A DNA stretch of 64,000 bases from an uncultured delta proteobacterium. Lineage in GTDB: Bacteria; Desulfobacterota; Desulfobacteria; Desulfobacterales; Desulfosalsimonadaceae. The notes beneath the pieces were generated by a model, which saw nothing but the letters and a program-made list of their open reading frames with translations, did not search any database and was not told the origin of the DNA. Location of the stretch: NCBI GenBank assembly GCA_963826785.1, contig CAWGYD010000008.1:416001-480000 (forward strand), read 5' to 3'. A program made the position numbers and the translations under genes. Each line of letters opens with the position of its first letter. Position 1 is the first letter of the stretch. Of the stretch, positions 14,423-23,806 are shown in pieces.

Positions 14423-14457
14423 ACCCGGGCAGACCTGAGATTTTTTTTGTCCTAATA

Positions 14458-14472
14458 GTTAATAGTATTAAC
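14458..14472. promoter_or_regulatory. Putative MarR operator (second copy; first at 13928-13942)
   Basis: GTTAA-TAGTA-TTAAC matches GTTCA-CACTA-TGAAC over the marR start. Confidence 0.6.
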
Positions 14473-14501
14473 AAAAACCAGAAACACAGGATGGAGACAT
14501 T

Positions 14502-15071
14502 ATGGAACCGACGACAACCGTCACCCTCGAATCCCTGCATGAGCAGATCGAAGCCCTGGAGGGACAGGTCCGGACCCTGGCCGGGTCCGGGCCGGAAAAC
14601 AAAATGTCCATGATCGTATTTTCCGGCGATCTGGACAAGCTCATCGCCGCTTTTGTCATCGCCACGGGGGCCGTGGCCATGGGAATGGATGTGGTGATGT
14701 TCTTCACCTTCTGGGGAACCCCCGCCCTGCGCAGTGAATCCGGGAATGCCGGCAGGAAAGACCTGATGGGCAAGATGTTCGGAGCGGCCCTGCCCCGGGG
14801 AGCGGACCGGGCCAGGCTTTCCAAGATGAACATGGGCGGCATGGGAACGGCCATGATGAAATCGCTGATGAAAAAGAAAAATGTGGCATCGCTTCCCGAG
14901 ATGATCCAGATGGCGGCCGAACTCGGCGTGCGCGTCTATGTGTGTGAAATGTCCATGGACCTGATGGGCTTTACCCATGAGGAAATGATAAAATACCCGG
15001 ACCTGACCTACTGCGGCGTGGCCAAATTCCTGGAGGAAGCCGCCGGCAGCAAAATACAGCTGTTTATCTGA
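14502..15071 (+). CDS. DsrE/DsrF/DrsH-like (DsrE2-type) sulfur carrier
   Basis: FSGDLDK, MFFTFWG, LSKMNMGGMG, VCEMSMDLMG. Confidence 0.9.
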   Translation: MEPTTTVTLESLHEQIEALEGQVRTLAGSGPENKMSMIVFSGDLDKLIAAFVIATGAVAMGMDVVMFFTFWGTPALRSESGNAGRKDLMGKMFGAALPRGADRARLSKMNMGGMGTAMMKSLMKKKNVASLPEMIQMAAELGVRVYVCEMSMDLMGFTHEEMIKYPDLTYCGVAKFLEEAAGSKIQLFI

Positions 15072-15105
15072 TGAGCCGTAAACAATTTCTTCCTGACTGA
15101 AACAA

Positions 15106-15237
15106 GATGAAGCCGTAAAAAGTCGGATTTTACGCTGTCGTCATTCCGGCGGAGGCCGGAATCTACTACAAACTAAGCTGGTTATAGACTCCGGTTTTCA
15201 CCGGAGTGACGAACTTTGGACTTTTTACGGGTTCATC
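15106..15237. repeat. REP/MITE-like palindromic element
   Basis: 19-bp terminal inverted repeats (GATGAAGCCGTAAAAAGTC / GACTTTTTACGGGTTCATC, 18/19 match) enclosing GTCATTCCGGCGGAGGCCGGAATC...GACTCCGGTTTTCACCGGAGTGAC hairpins. Confidence 0.8.
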
Positions 15238-15278
15238 AAACAAGCCTAACCCAAAAAACGAACAAAGGAGATTCGATA

Positions 15279-15515
15279 ATGTCTGAAGCCATCGCAAAAT
15301 CCGTCGATCTTAAAGGGCTGCCCTGCCCTATGCCCGTGGTGAAAATGAGCAAGGCCATAAAGGAAGTTCAAATCGGGGAAGTGATCGAGTGTGAAACATC
15401 CGATCCCGGCGCCCGGGCCGATTTTCCCGCATGGGCCAGGACCAGCGGAAACGAAATCCTCAAATCCGAACAGGACGGCAAGATCACCCGATTTCAGATT
15501 AAAAGGCTCAAGTAA
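15279..15515 (+). CDS. tusA: TusA family sulfurtransferase
   Basis: VDLKGLPCPMPVVK, SDPGA..DFPAW; AAGGAG RBS. Confidence 0.92.
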   Translation: MSEAIAKSVDLKGLPCPMPVVKMSKAIKEVQIGEVIECETSDPGARADFPAWARTSGNEILKSEQDGKITRFQIKRLK

Positions 15516-15528
15516 CGGGGAGTTTGAA

Positions 15529-16239
15529 TTGGAAAACCTTTATTATTTCATTCTGGTCCCCATGGTCTACCTGGCCTTTGCGGTTTTCTTCGGGGGCACA
15601 GCCTATCAGCTGGTAAGGATCTGGCGGAGGCCGGCGAATCCGGTCCCCCTTCACCTGTATCCGAAAAAGCGGCATGGCTTTCTAAATGCCCTTTCCGACA
15701 CATTTCTGCTGCCCACGGTCCTGCGGCGAAAACCCCTGCTGTGGGGGTTTCTCATGGCCTTTCACATCTGCCTGCTGCTGACCATCGTCGGCCACCTGGA
15801 GCTGTTTGCCGATATTAAGGCGATCCAGGTCATTCCCCACCAGATTTTTCTGGGGGGTGGATTTTTAGGGCTGATCCTGTCCATCTGCCTGCTCTATTTT
15901 TTAGGCCGCCGGTTCTTTTCACCCGTGCGGGATATCTCCGTGCCCGAGGATTATTTCCTGCTGATCCTGCTCTTTCTGGTGGTCCTGTTCGGATCGGAGA
16001 TGGACTGGGCCCGCAACTGGTTTTATTACAGCACCATGTATGTCGAGGACTACCGGGAATACCTGATGAGCCTGCTCACCTTGAAGCCGGTGCTGAGCGA
16101 CACCATTACCGGCTCGGGGCATACCTTCATGCTGGTGCTGCACGTGCTGTTCGCCAACCTGTTTTTAATGGCGTTTCCCTTCAGCAAGATCATGCATGCC
16201 TTTCTGGCCCTGCCGGTCAACCAATTGAAAAGAGGATAG
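15529..16239 (+). CDS. NarI/DsrM/HdrE-like membrane b-type cytochrome subunit
   Basis: About 5 TM helices with His pairs (FHICLL..GHLE; LHVLFANL..PFSKIMH). TTG start after GGGGAG. Confidence 0.85.
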   Translation: MENLYYFILVPMVYLAFAVFFGGTAYQLVRIWRRPANPVPLHLYPKKRHGFLNALSDTFLLPTVLRRKPLLWGFLMAFHICLLLTIVGHLELFADIKAIQVIPHQIFLGGGFLGLILSICLLYFLGRRFFSPVRDISVPEDYFLLILLFLVVLFGSEMDWARNWFYYSTMYVEDYREYLMSLLTLKPVLSDTITGSGHTFMLVLHVLFANLFLMAFPFSKIMHAFLALPVNQLKRG

Positions 16240-16242
16240 ACA

Positions 16243-17496
16243 ATGGATGCCAAAACCCGCGCCGATCTCTTGGCGCTTTTTGAAAGCAAGCTCAACTATG
16301 CCATGCGCCTCTACCTGGAAACCTGCTCCCGGTGCGGCGTGTGCACCGAGGCCTGCCACGTGTATGCCTCCATGCCCAAGGCCAAAAATATCGCCGCATA
16401 CCGCGCAGAGATCGTCCGCCGGATATACAAGAAATATTTCAAAGCCCAGGGCCGGATCATGCCGGCTCTGGGTGAAGCCCGGCCCCTTTCCGAACTGGCC
16501 CTCGAGGAACTCTACGAGGCCGCCTACTCCTGCACCGGATGCCGGCGATGCATGACCTTCTGCCCCTTCGGCATCGACACCCAGATGATCATGTCCATTG
16601 CCAAACTCCTGCTGGTGGGCGCCCACGCGGAGCCGGAAATCCTGACCATGCTGGCCGATACCTCCATCCAGAAGGGTCAATCCCTGGAGATCTTCCGGGA
16701 AGGTTTTCTGGAATCGGTGAAGGAACTGGAGGCGGACGTTCTGGAAAAATGGAAATCCGAGGCGGGAAAAACGGTGATTCCCGTGGATGTCAAGGGTGCA
16801 AACCTGCTTTACGTGGCCCTGGCCGGTTCCCATTCCATGGTCCCGGCGGCGGCCGTGTTCAACGCGGCCGGTGAAAAGTGGACGCTCTCTTTTTTCGAGG
16901 CGGTCAATTTCGGAGCGTTTGTGGGCGATCCCTCCCGGACCCGGCTGATCCTGGACCGCATCATCAATGAGGCCAGGCGCCTTGAAGTCAAGGAAGTCTG
17001 CATCTGCGAGTGCGGCACCGCCTTCCGGGTGATGAAGCAGATGGCCGGAAACCAGCCCTTTACGGTCAGCTCCATCACCGAGGTTCACGCGCGGTATATC
17101 CGGGAGGGTCGGATCAAGCTGAAAAAGGAAAAAATTTCTGCCCCCCTGACCTATCACGATCCCTGCCAGCTGGCCCGAAACGGCGGGGTCATGGACGAGC
17201 CGCGCTATATCCTCTCCCACCTGGCCGGCAATTTCCGGGACATGTCCCCCAAACCGGCGGACAACTGGTGTTGCGGCGGTGGCGGCGGCCTGGTGGCGCT
17301 GGGGGAAGACACGCTGGATTTCAGGATGAAGTCGGCAAAAGTCAAGGCCGAACAGGTGAAGAAAACCGGCGCAAAAATCCTGGCCACCGCCTGCGAGAAC
17401 TGCCACACCCAACTGTGCAATTTAAACGACCATTACCAGATGGGCACCGACGTCCGCTTTCTCTCCTCCATGGTGGCAGACGCCCTGGTAGAATAG
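16243..17496 (+). CDS. HdrD/DsrK/TmcB-like Fe-S oxidoreductase with CCG domain
   Basis: CSRCGVCTEAC and CTGCRRCMTFCP; YHDPC, WCCGGGGG, ACENC. Confidence 0.9.
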   Translation: MDAKTRADLLALFESKLNYAMRLYLETCSRCGVCTEACHVYASMPKAKNIAAYRAEIVRRIYKKYFKAQGRIMPALGEARPLSELALEELYEAAYSCTGCRRCMTFCPFGIDTQMIMSIAKLLLVGAHAEPEILTMLADTSIQKGQSLEIFREGFLESVKELEADVLEKWKSEAGKTVIPVDVKGANLLYVALAGSHSMVPAAAVFNAAGEKWTLSFFEAVNFGAFVGDPSRTRLILDRIINEARRLEVKEVCICECGTAFRVMKQMAGNQPFTVSSITEVHARYIREGRIKLKKEKISAPLTYHDPCQLARNGGVMDEPRYILSHLAGNFRDMSPKPADNWCCGGGGGLVALGEDTLDFRMKSAKVKAEQVKKTGAKILATACENCHTQLCNLNDHYQMGTDVRFLSSMVADALVE

Positions 17497-17634
17497 CAGG
17501 GATCGCATTCCTCTTTGGCCTGCCCGGGGGCATGGTTAAATCAACGGGGCGATTCCGGCTTGCCGCAAAATGGTTATTGGGATAATGAAAGGGCAAAGCC
17601 AAAAAATACCTTTATCCCTGTTACGGATCATCAA

Positions 17635-18825
17635 ATGACCAGAGTCATATTGAAAAAAGGGCGTGAACGGTCCCTTCTGCGCGGGCATCCGTGGGTGTTT
17701 TCCGGTGCGGTCGGGCAAATCGATATCACACCCCAGCCCGGCGAAACCATCGAGGTCTTTTCGGACAGCGGCCAGTTTCTGGGACGCGGGGCCTTTTCCC
17801 CCGCCTCCCAGATCCGGGTGCGCATCTGGACGTTTGATCCGAAAGAAGCCATCGATGAGCGCTTTTTTGAAAACCGGATTCAGGCGGCCATGTCATTGCG
17901 GGCATCTTTGGGTATTTCCGGGCAGACCAATGCCTTTCGCCTGGTTTCCGCGGAAGCCGACGGGCTTCCCGGGTTGATCGTGGACCGCTACGGCGATTTC
18001 CTGGTGTGCCAGTTTTTAAGCACGGGCGCCGAAAACTGGAAAGGCGTCATCGTCGATCACCTGACAAAGCTTGCCGGCATCAAGGGCATTTTCGAACGCT
18101 CCGATGCCGGCGTCCGCAAAAAAGAAGGATTGCGGCCACAAAAAGGACTGCTATGGGGAGAAAATCCACCCGACCGGATCGAGATCGAGGAAGCGGGTAT
18201 AAAATTTCTGGTTGATGTCGAAAACGGCCATAAAACCGGATTTTACCTGGATCAGCGGATCAACCGCCATCTGGTTTCCGCGCACAGTTTCGGGACGGAG
18301 GTGCTCAACTGTTTTGCCTACACCGGGGGATTCGGCCTGGCGGCCTTAAAAGGCGGGGCCAAACACGTGACCCACGTGGAGGATGTGGCCGGCCTGCTGG
18401 AACAAATCGACCAGAATGTGCGCCTGAATCCGTTTGAAGCGCACCGGTCCGAAAACATCAAGGCCGATGTTTTCCAGTTGCTGCGGAGATACGATGAGCA
18501 AAAAAAAACCTTTGATATGATCATCCTGGACCCGCCCAAATTTGCGGAATCCCAGCGTCACCTGCCCCGGGCCAGCCGCGGGTACAAGGACATCAACCGC
18601 CTGGCATTCAAGTGCCTGCGGCCGGGCGGCATGCTGTTCACCTTTTCCTGCTCCGGCCTGATGGGCATGGAATTATTCCAGAAAATCGTCGCCGATGCGG
18701 CCATCGATGCCGGCCGTGACGCGCAGATCATCCAATGGCTCGGACAAAGCCCCGACCACCCCGTAAAGCTGCATATCCCCGAAAGCCAGTATCTGAAAGG
18801 CCTGATCGCACGCGTATCCGGTTAG
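17635..18825 (+). CDS. rlmI: 23S rRNA m5C1962 methyltransferase RlmI-like
   Basis: PUA-like HPWVFSG, EADGLPGLIVDRYG, GHKTGFYLDQR, LDPPKF, FSCSG. Confidence 0.9.
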   Translation: MTRVILKKGRERSLLRGHPWVFSGAVGQIDITPQPGETIEVFSDSGQFLGRGAFSPASQIRVRIWTFDPKEAIDERFFENRIQAAMSLRASLGISGQTNAFRLVSAEADGLPGLIVDRYGDFLVCQFLSTGAENWKGVIVDHLTKLAGIKGIFERSDAGVRKKEGLRPQKGLLWGENPPDRIEIEEAGIKFLVDVENGHKTGFYLDQRINRHLVSAHSFGTEVLNCFAYTGGFGLAALKGGAKHVTHVEDVAGLLEQIDQNVRLNPFEAHRSENIKADVFQLLRRYDEQKKTFDMIILDPPKFAESQRHLPRASRGYKDINRLAFKCLRPGGMLFTFSCSGLMGMELFQKIVADAAIDAGRDAQIIQWLGQSPDHPVKLHIPESQYLKGLIARVSG

Positions 18826-18959
18826 CCGCTTTAAGTTTTTGAAGGAACTTAACTCGGTAAAGCGGTTTAAAGGGTTGCAACATGGATGCGCATATGGTAA
18901 TTGCAAACATCATAAGCAAGTAAATCTCCATTTTATGAACCCTCACAGAGTTTCATGTT

Positions 18960-20034
18960 TTGATCCGGTCATATCTTCCCCTTTTCATTCTGCTTCCGTT
19001 GTTCCTGCTGTCGGGCTGCGATTCATTTTCCTATTACCGCCAGGCAGCCGCGGGCCAGATGAGCCTGTTATCCAAGAGACAGCCCATTGAAAACCTGATC
19101 GCAGACACATACACGGATGAAAATCTCAAAGCGCGCCTGAAGCTGATCCTGTCCATCCGGGATTTTGCCCGGACCGAGCTGAACCTGCCGGTTGAAAAAC
19201 AGTTTCTCTCCTATGTGGATCTCGGCCGGACGCATGTGGTCTGGAATGTATATGCCGCCCCGGAATTTTCACTTTCCCCCAGGACCTTTCATTTCCCCAT
19301 TGTCGGCGATACGGTATACAAGGGCTTTTTCTCGGAAGAAATGGCTATGGAATCTGGCGGACAGGCTTCACCGCCAGGGGTTTGATGTCTATGTCAGCGG
19401 CGCCACCGCCTATTCCACCCTGGGATGGTTTTCGGACCCGATTCTGAGCACCACGGTTTACCGCAGGGAGGACAACCTGGCGGGCCTGATATTTCATGAA
19501 CTGGCCCACCAGGTGCTCTATATTAAAAACGACACCGCCTTCAACGAGGGGTTCGCCGTGGCCGTGGAGCAGGAGGGGGTGCGCCGCTGGCTGGAAAGCC
19601 GCGGCGAACATGCCCTGTTTGCGCAGTATCTGCAGGGAAAGAAGCAGCGGGCCGAATTTGCCGATCTGGTCAAAACCTGCCGCGCGCACCTGCAAACGCT
19701 TTACCAAAGAGGAGATATCGGCATACCCGAGAAAAAAGCGCAAAAAGCATCCATATTCGAACAACTTCGCAGCGATTATGCGCAGCTGAAAACAAAGTGG
19801 GGCAACGACAGCCGCTATGACGCCTGGTTTGACTCGCCCATGAACAATGCCAAGTTGATTCCGGTGGCGGTCTATTCGGATTTTGTCCCTTTTTTTGCGG
19901 GCATGATTCAGCAGACAGACGGCAACATGCAGGCGTTTTTTAAAAACTGCCGCAGGCTGTCCCGACAAAGGCCGGAAAAAAGGATCCTCCTGTTATCCCA
20001 GATCCCACCCCTTAACCTGACTCCCCACCTGTAG
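18960..20034 (+). CDS. Putative zinc aminopeptidase lipoprotein; +1 frameshift near 19350 (error or pseudogene)
   Basis: Lipobox LLSG-C, YYRQAAGQ, FPIVG..YKGFF in one frame; AYSTLGWFSDP, HELAH, DTAFNE continue in the +1 frame. Confidence 0.8.
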
Positions 20035-20053
20035 CACCAGTGTCGGCAGCCGG

Positions 20054-21653
20054 TCACATCGAAACGGATGTTTCCGTTGCTTTTTCCATCATCATGTCCA
20101 GATGAAAACGGACCGGGCCCCGGTAGCGGTGATCCTCGCCGAAACGGGTATGCAGCGCATATTCGGATGTGGGCAGGGACCAGGAAGTGGCAATGGCCAC
20201 ATGCCCTTTGGGAAAGGGTGCGATTTCCGCCTGAATGTAATCCAGGGGGGCCAGCGCGCTCGGCTTTTCCACCAGGGAATCCTGCTCCCCGTAGCAGATA
20301 AGCATCCGGATGCCCTTTTCCTGCAGCCGTTTGATGTTGAGCGGCCGGTCGAAGGCCTTGAACGGAAGGGTCCCGTCCTTGGAAATGGGATGGTTATAGG
20401 ACAAAAAGCTCAACCGGGTGATTTCCATGGGCAGATCGTGACGCTGGCAGGTAATCCAGTAATTTAAAGCCGCGGCGGTTTTGCTGAGTTTCATCCCCCG
20501 TTTCTTCAGGATGCTGAACATGGCCAAATCCCGGTACAAGGTATTTACCGGATATTCCGTCTGGATGCTCTTTAATTTATAGACCCAGCTCATCAGGTCG
20601 CCATCGGCTACCCGGTTGCCGTTTGGAAGCACCTTGGTCCCGTATTCCAGGGAGTTGAACCGATCGGGCAGGTTTTCCAGAAAATGCCGGAAGTGTGCGC
20701 TCCGGGTGCCGTCGATGGGGGCCACACAGGTGATATGGGTATCCACCAGGCCGTCGAGTTCACCGGAAAGCAGGTTGCTCAGGGTGATCAATCCCCCCTG
20801 GCAGTATCCGTTCAATGTCAGCGGCCGGCCATGTTCCGCCACGATCTTTTCACAGAAATATTTCATATCCCGGATATCGTCTTCCAGGGTGATCTTTTGC
20901 ATGGCCGGGGTGGTGTCGATGGGTTTCATGATCCGCACATAGGTGGGAATCCCCTGGTTGGCAAAGCTGTGCACATAGCTCTTGTTCTCCCCCGGAAGAA
21001 AGGCCAGGATATCGGCCCCCAGCACATAAGGGTGAACAATCAGGATCGGCTTTGCCGTTTTCGCGTTCGTCGATATCGGTTTCCGTCGGCAGGACCCGGT
21101 AGCAGAAGAAGCGGTCGGTTTCGGCAATCTTGCGGTATCCGCCGCGTTCGAAGTGAAATCCGAATTCATCTGCGATCTCCGAAATCGCCCGGGGATATTC
21201 ATGCGCCACCTGCCGGGTGATGTCGGCAATTCGCTCGATATAATCGAATATGTCGCCTTCCGTGCTGCCGGCAAAGGTTTTCATCACGGCATTGACGGCC
21301 TTTTCCATTTCAGCGGAGTGGAATTCAACCATGGTATCCAGGCTGCTTGAAATCGCCTGAAAGGCAAGATCCATATTAAAAGCGATCAATTTCATATACT
21401 CGGGCCAAGCGCCGGCCGGCGGATCGGTGCCCGCTTTTGCCGCCTCGGCCTGGTTGAAATAATTGAGCGCCTTGACCCAGGAATTGAAATAATCCGCGTT
21501 GTAATCCGCCAATGCCTGCCAGTAATCATATCCGGCCCGGGTCAGCCCGTAATTCGCGTTTTCGATCTTCTTCTCATAATTCCAAAATTTATCGATTCCT
21601 TTAAACAAAGACGGATTGAAATCAGAGATCGACATATTCATGATGGTTTCCAT
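20054..21653 (-). CDS. PhaC-like Cys-nucleophile alpha/beta hydrolase; +1 frameshift near 21050
   Basis: ...DERENGK|PILIVHPYVLGADILAFLP joins if one A is removed from GGCAAAGCCG. GYCQGG box, DSLV, KGHVAI. Confidence 0.75.
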
Positions 21654-21687
21654 TCAGAAATCTCCATAAGGCCCTGGTTTGTGGATT

Positions 21688-22155
21688 TCAAAGCACGTTG
21701 CCCTGCAGGTATTGATGCATACAGGTTTTAAGATGCCCCTTCAAATGCGAATCCAGCTCTTCCAGGCACTCATTGCACAGAGAAATCGATTCTTTCGTCT
21801 GGTACAACTGTCTGAACGGCACTGTCTTGTTGCACCAGTTGCAGCTGACGGAAAGCCATTTGATCCCGGCGATGTAGGGCGGCTCGGATCGCTTTTTCTG
21901 CCAGATGAGCTTTGCTTCGGGAGCATAGATGGGGGCCGAGCCGGTCTGGCCGGCAATCGGAGGCGCAAAATGGATGACGGAATTTTCAGGAAGCGGGTGG
22001 CTGGAGATGAATCCGAGCCCGCCCTTGCTGTAATTTTTCGTCAATGCCGAAAAAACATCCTTTTCTCCTTCGGCGCGAAACCGGATGGGGGCATTGACGG
22101 CGTATCGTTTATATGCCCTGGCATTTGAATCTTCAACATGATCCTGATTCATCAT
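21688..22155 (-). CDS. PilZ domain protein with C-terminal CxxC..CxxC
   Basis: RAYKR (RxxxR) and NYSKGG (D/NxSxxG); CNWC and CNEC. Confidence 0.75.
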   Translation of the reverse strand: MMNQDHVEDSNARAYKRYAVNAPIRFRAEGEKDVFSALTKNYSKGGLGFISSHPLPENSVIHFAPPIAGQTGSAPIYAPEAKLIWQKKRSEPPYIAGIKWLSVSCNWCNKTVPFRQLYQTKESISLCNECLEELDSHLKGHLKTCMHQYLQGNVL

Positions 22156-22405
22156 TGTTCGTCTCCTTTCATTGGGGAATGGAGAACTGTGTAAACAAAT
22201 GTAATGCCCGCAGCACTATGATGCCAGTGGGGTCAGCCGCTTTATTTGAAGAAATCGGTTGCGCCACCCGCACCCGGAAATGACCAGGCCATAGCCGATG
22301 GAACAGGCGCTGATTTGACAGCAGCGGATCCGATGGAAACCATTTTGCCATGCCCTTTCTTCGGGGCCTCGGGAAAACTTCAAACACGCGAACAGCAGCA
22401 AAGGA

Positions 22406-23260
22406 ATGGTAATGAATATTCAAATTCAGGAACCTCAAATCCTCGAGCAGGATATACTGAGAGTGGACGACCCGGATTTTCGTCCGGAGCATGTATGCAT
22501 CGTCACCGGCGCCGGCGGCGGGATCGGGCGGGCCACCGCCATTGCCGCCGCCGCCAACCATCTAACGGTGGCGGGGCTGGATATCGATGAAGAAAGCGGT
22601 CAACAGACCGCGAAAATGGCAAAGGACCTGGGCGGCCAGATGGTGTTCATCCGGACGGATCTCACCCGGGATGAAGATATCGTGCACGCCGTTTCCGAAG
22701 CGGCCAAAAAGGGAACGATCAAGTACCTGGCCAATATCGCCGGCATCCAGCACATCGATTCCATCGAGAATTTTCCCATGGACAAATACGACCTGATGCA
22801 GAAGATCATGCTGCGCGCCCCCTTTTACCTGTCCAAACTCAGCCTGCCCCACATGAAAAAGAGTTCCGGCGGGACCGGGGCTGTCGGCAACATGGCTTCC
22901 GTGCACGCCCACATCTGCACCATCAACAAGGCGGTTTACAACATCACCAAGTTCGGCCTGCGGGCGCTGACACAATCCATTGCCGCAGAAGGGGGAGGCA
23001 AAGTCCGGTCCTTTTCCGTGAGCACCGGGTTTGTGAAGACCGCCCTGGCCCTGAAGCAGGTTCCGGCCCAGGCGAAGCAGCGCGGTATCACCGAAGACGA
23101 AGTCGTGCGCGACGTGATGATGGGCAAGTCGCGGATCAAGGAAATGATGGCCCCCATAGAGGTGGGGAACCTGTTCGTCTACGGTTTTTCACGATTTTCC
23201 AGGTACCTGATCGGAGGTGATCTCCTGTTTGACGGCGGGATGACGCTGACGTACATGTAG
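22406..23260 (+). CDS. SDR oxidoreductase, D-3-hydroxybutyrate dehydrogenase-like
   Basis: TGAGGGIG, NIAGIQH, SVHAH, YNITK; PHA context. Confidence 0.8.
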   Translation: MVMNIQIQEPQILEQDILRVDDPDFRPEHVCIVTGAGGGIGRATAIAAAANHLTVAGLDIDEESGQQTAKMAKDLGGQMVFIRTDLTRDEDIVHAVSEAAKKGTIKYLANIAGIQHIDSIENFPMDKYDLMQKIMLRAPFYLSKLSLPHMKKSSGGTGAVGNMASVHAHICTINKAVYNITKFGLRALTQSIAAEGGGKVRSFSVSTGFVKTALALKQVPAQAKQRGITEDEVVRDVMMGKSRIKEMMAPIEVGNLFVYGFSRFSRYLIGGDLLFDGGMTLTYM

Positions 23261-23358
23261 GAACGATCTTGGACGAAATCGCAAAAAGCATCCCTTTTTG
23301 CGCGATATTTTTGCAGTAAGCGGCGCTTTAAAAAGTGGTCAAACCATTTGATGGGCGC

Positions 23359-23778
23359 TTATTTTTTGGGCGGGCTGATGACGGCTGTGCCGTCCAGGAC
23401 GACCGTGCCATCCTGATTGATGCACCGGGTGCTTGCGGTGATCCGGTTTTTTTCGGAATCGATGCGGGTGACCTCCACCACCGCTCGGATGGTGTCGCCG
23501 ATTTTTACCGGGGCCTTGAAATTGAGTTCCTGGCGGATGTAAATCGCGCCGGGGCCGGGGAGATGGTTTCCTAAAACATTGGAGATAAAGCCCGCCGACA
23601 GCATGCCGTGGGCGATGCGGGTCTTGAAGAATGTGCCCCTGGCATATTCCTCGTTGACATGGGCGGGGTTGAAATCGCCGGTGATCCCGGCATACGCATA
23701 TATGTCGCCCTCGGATACGGTCTTGGCAAATTCGGCCGTGTCCCCGACCCGGATTTCATCAATTGTCCTGCCCTTCAT
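23359..23778 (-). CDS. phaJ: MaoC family (R)-specific enoyl-CoA hydratase
   Basis: GDFNPAHVNEEYA...RIAHGML, PGPGAIY..QELNFKAPV. Confidence 0.88.
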   Translation of the reverse strand: MKGRTIDEIRVGDTAEFAKTVSEGDIYAYAGITGDFNPAHVNEEYARGTFFKTRIAHGMLSAGFISNVLGNHLPGPGAIYIRQELNFKAPVKIGDTIRAVVEVTRIDSEKNRITASTRCINQDGTVVLDGTAVISPPKK

Positions 23779-23806
23779 CCAAAGGCTCCTTTTCTAAAAT
23801 ATAATA

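Noticed and set aside
19340..19360. Programmed ribosomal frameshift
   Set aside because: No slippery sequence, and the same +1 defect in two unrelated genes points to sequencing error.
22160..22400. Possible riboswitch or ncRNA in intergenic regions (also 29780-30060, 37230-37680, 57920-58430)
   Set aside because: No recognisable conserved motif by eye; an Rfam/Infernal scan would be needed.
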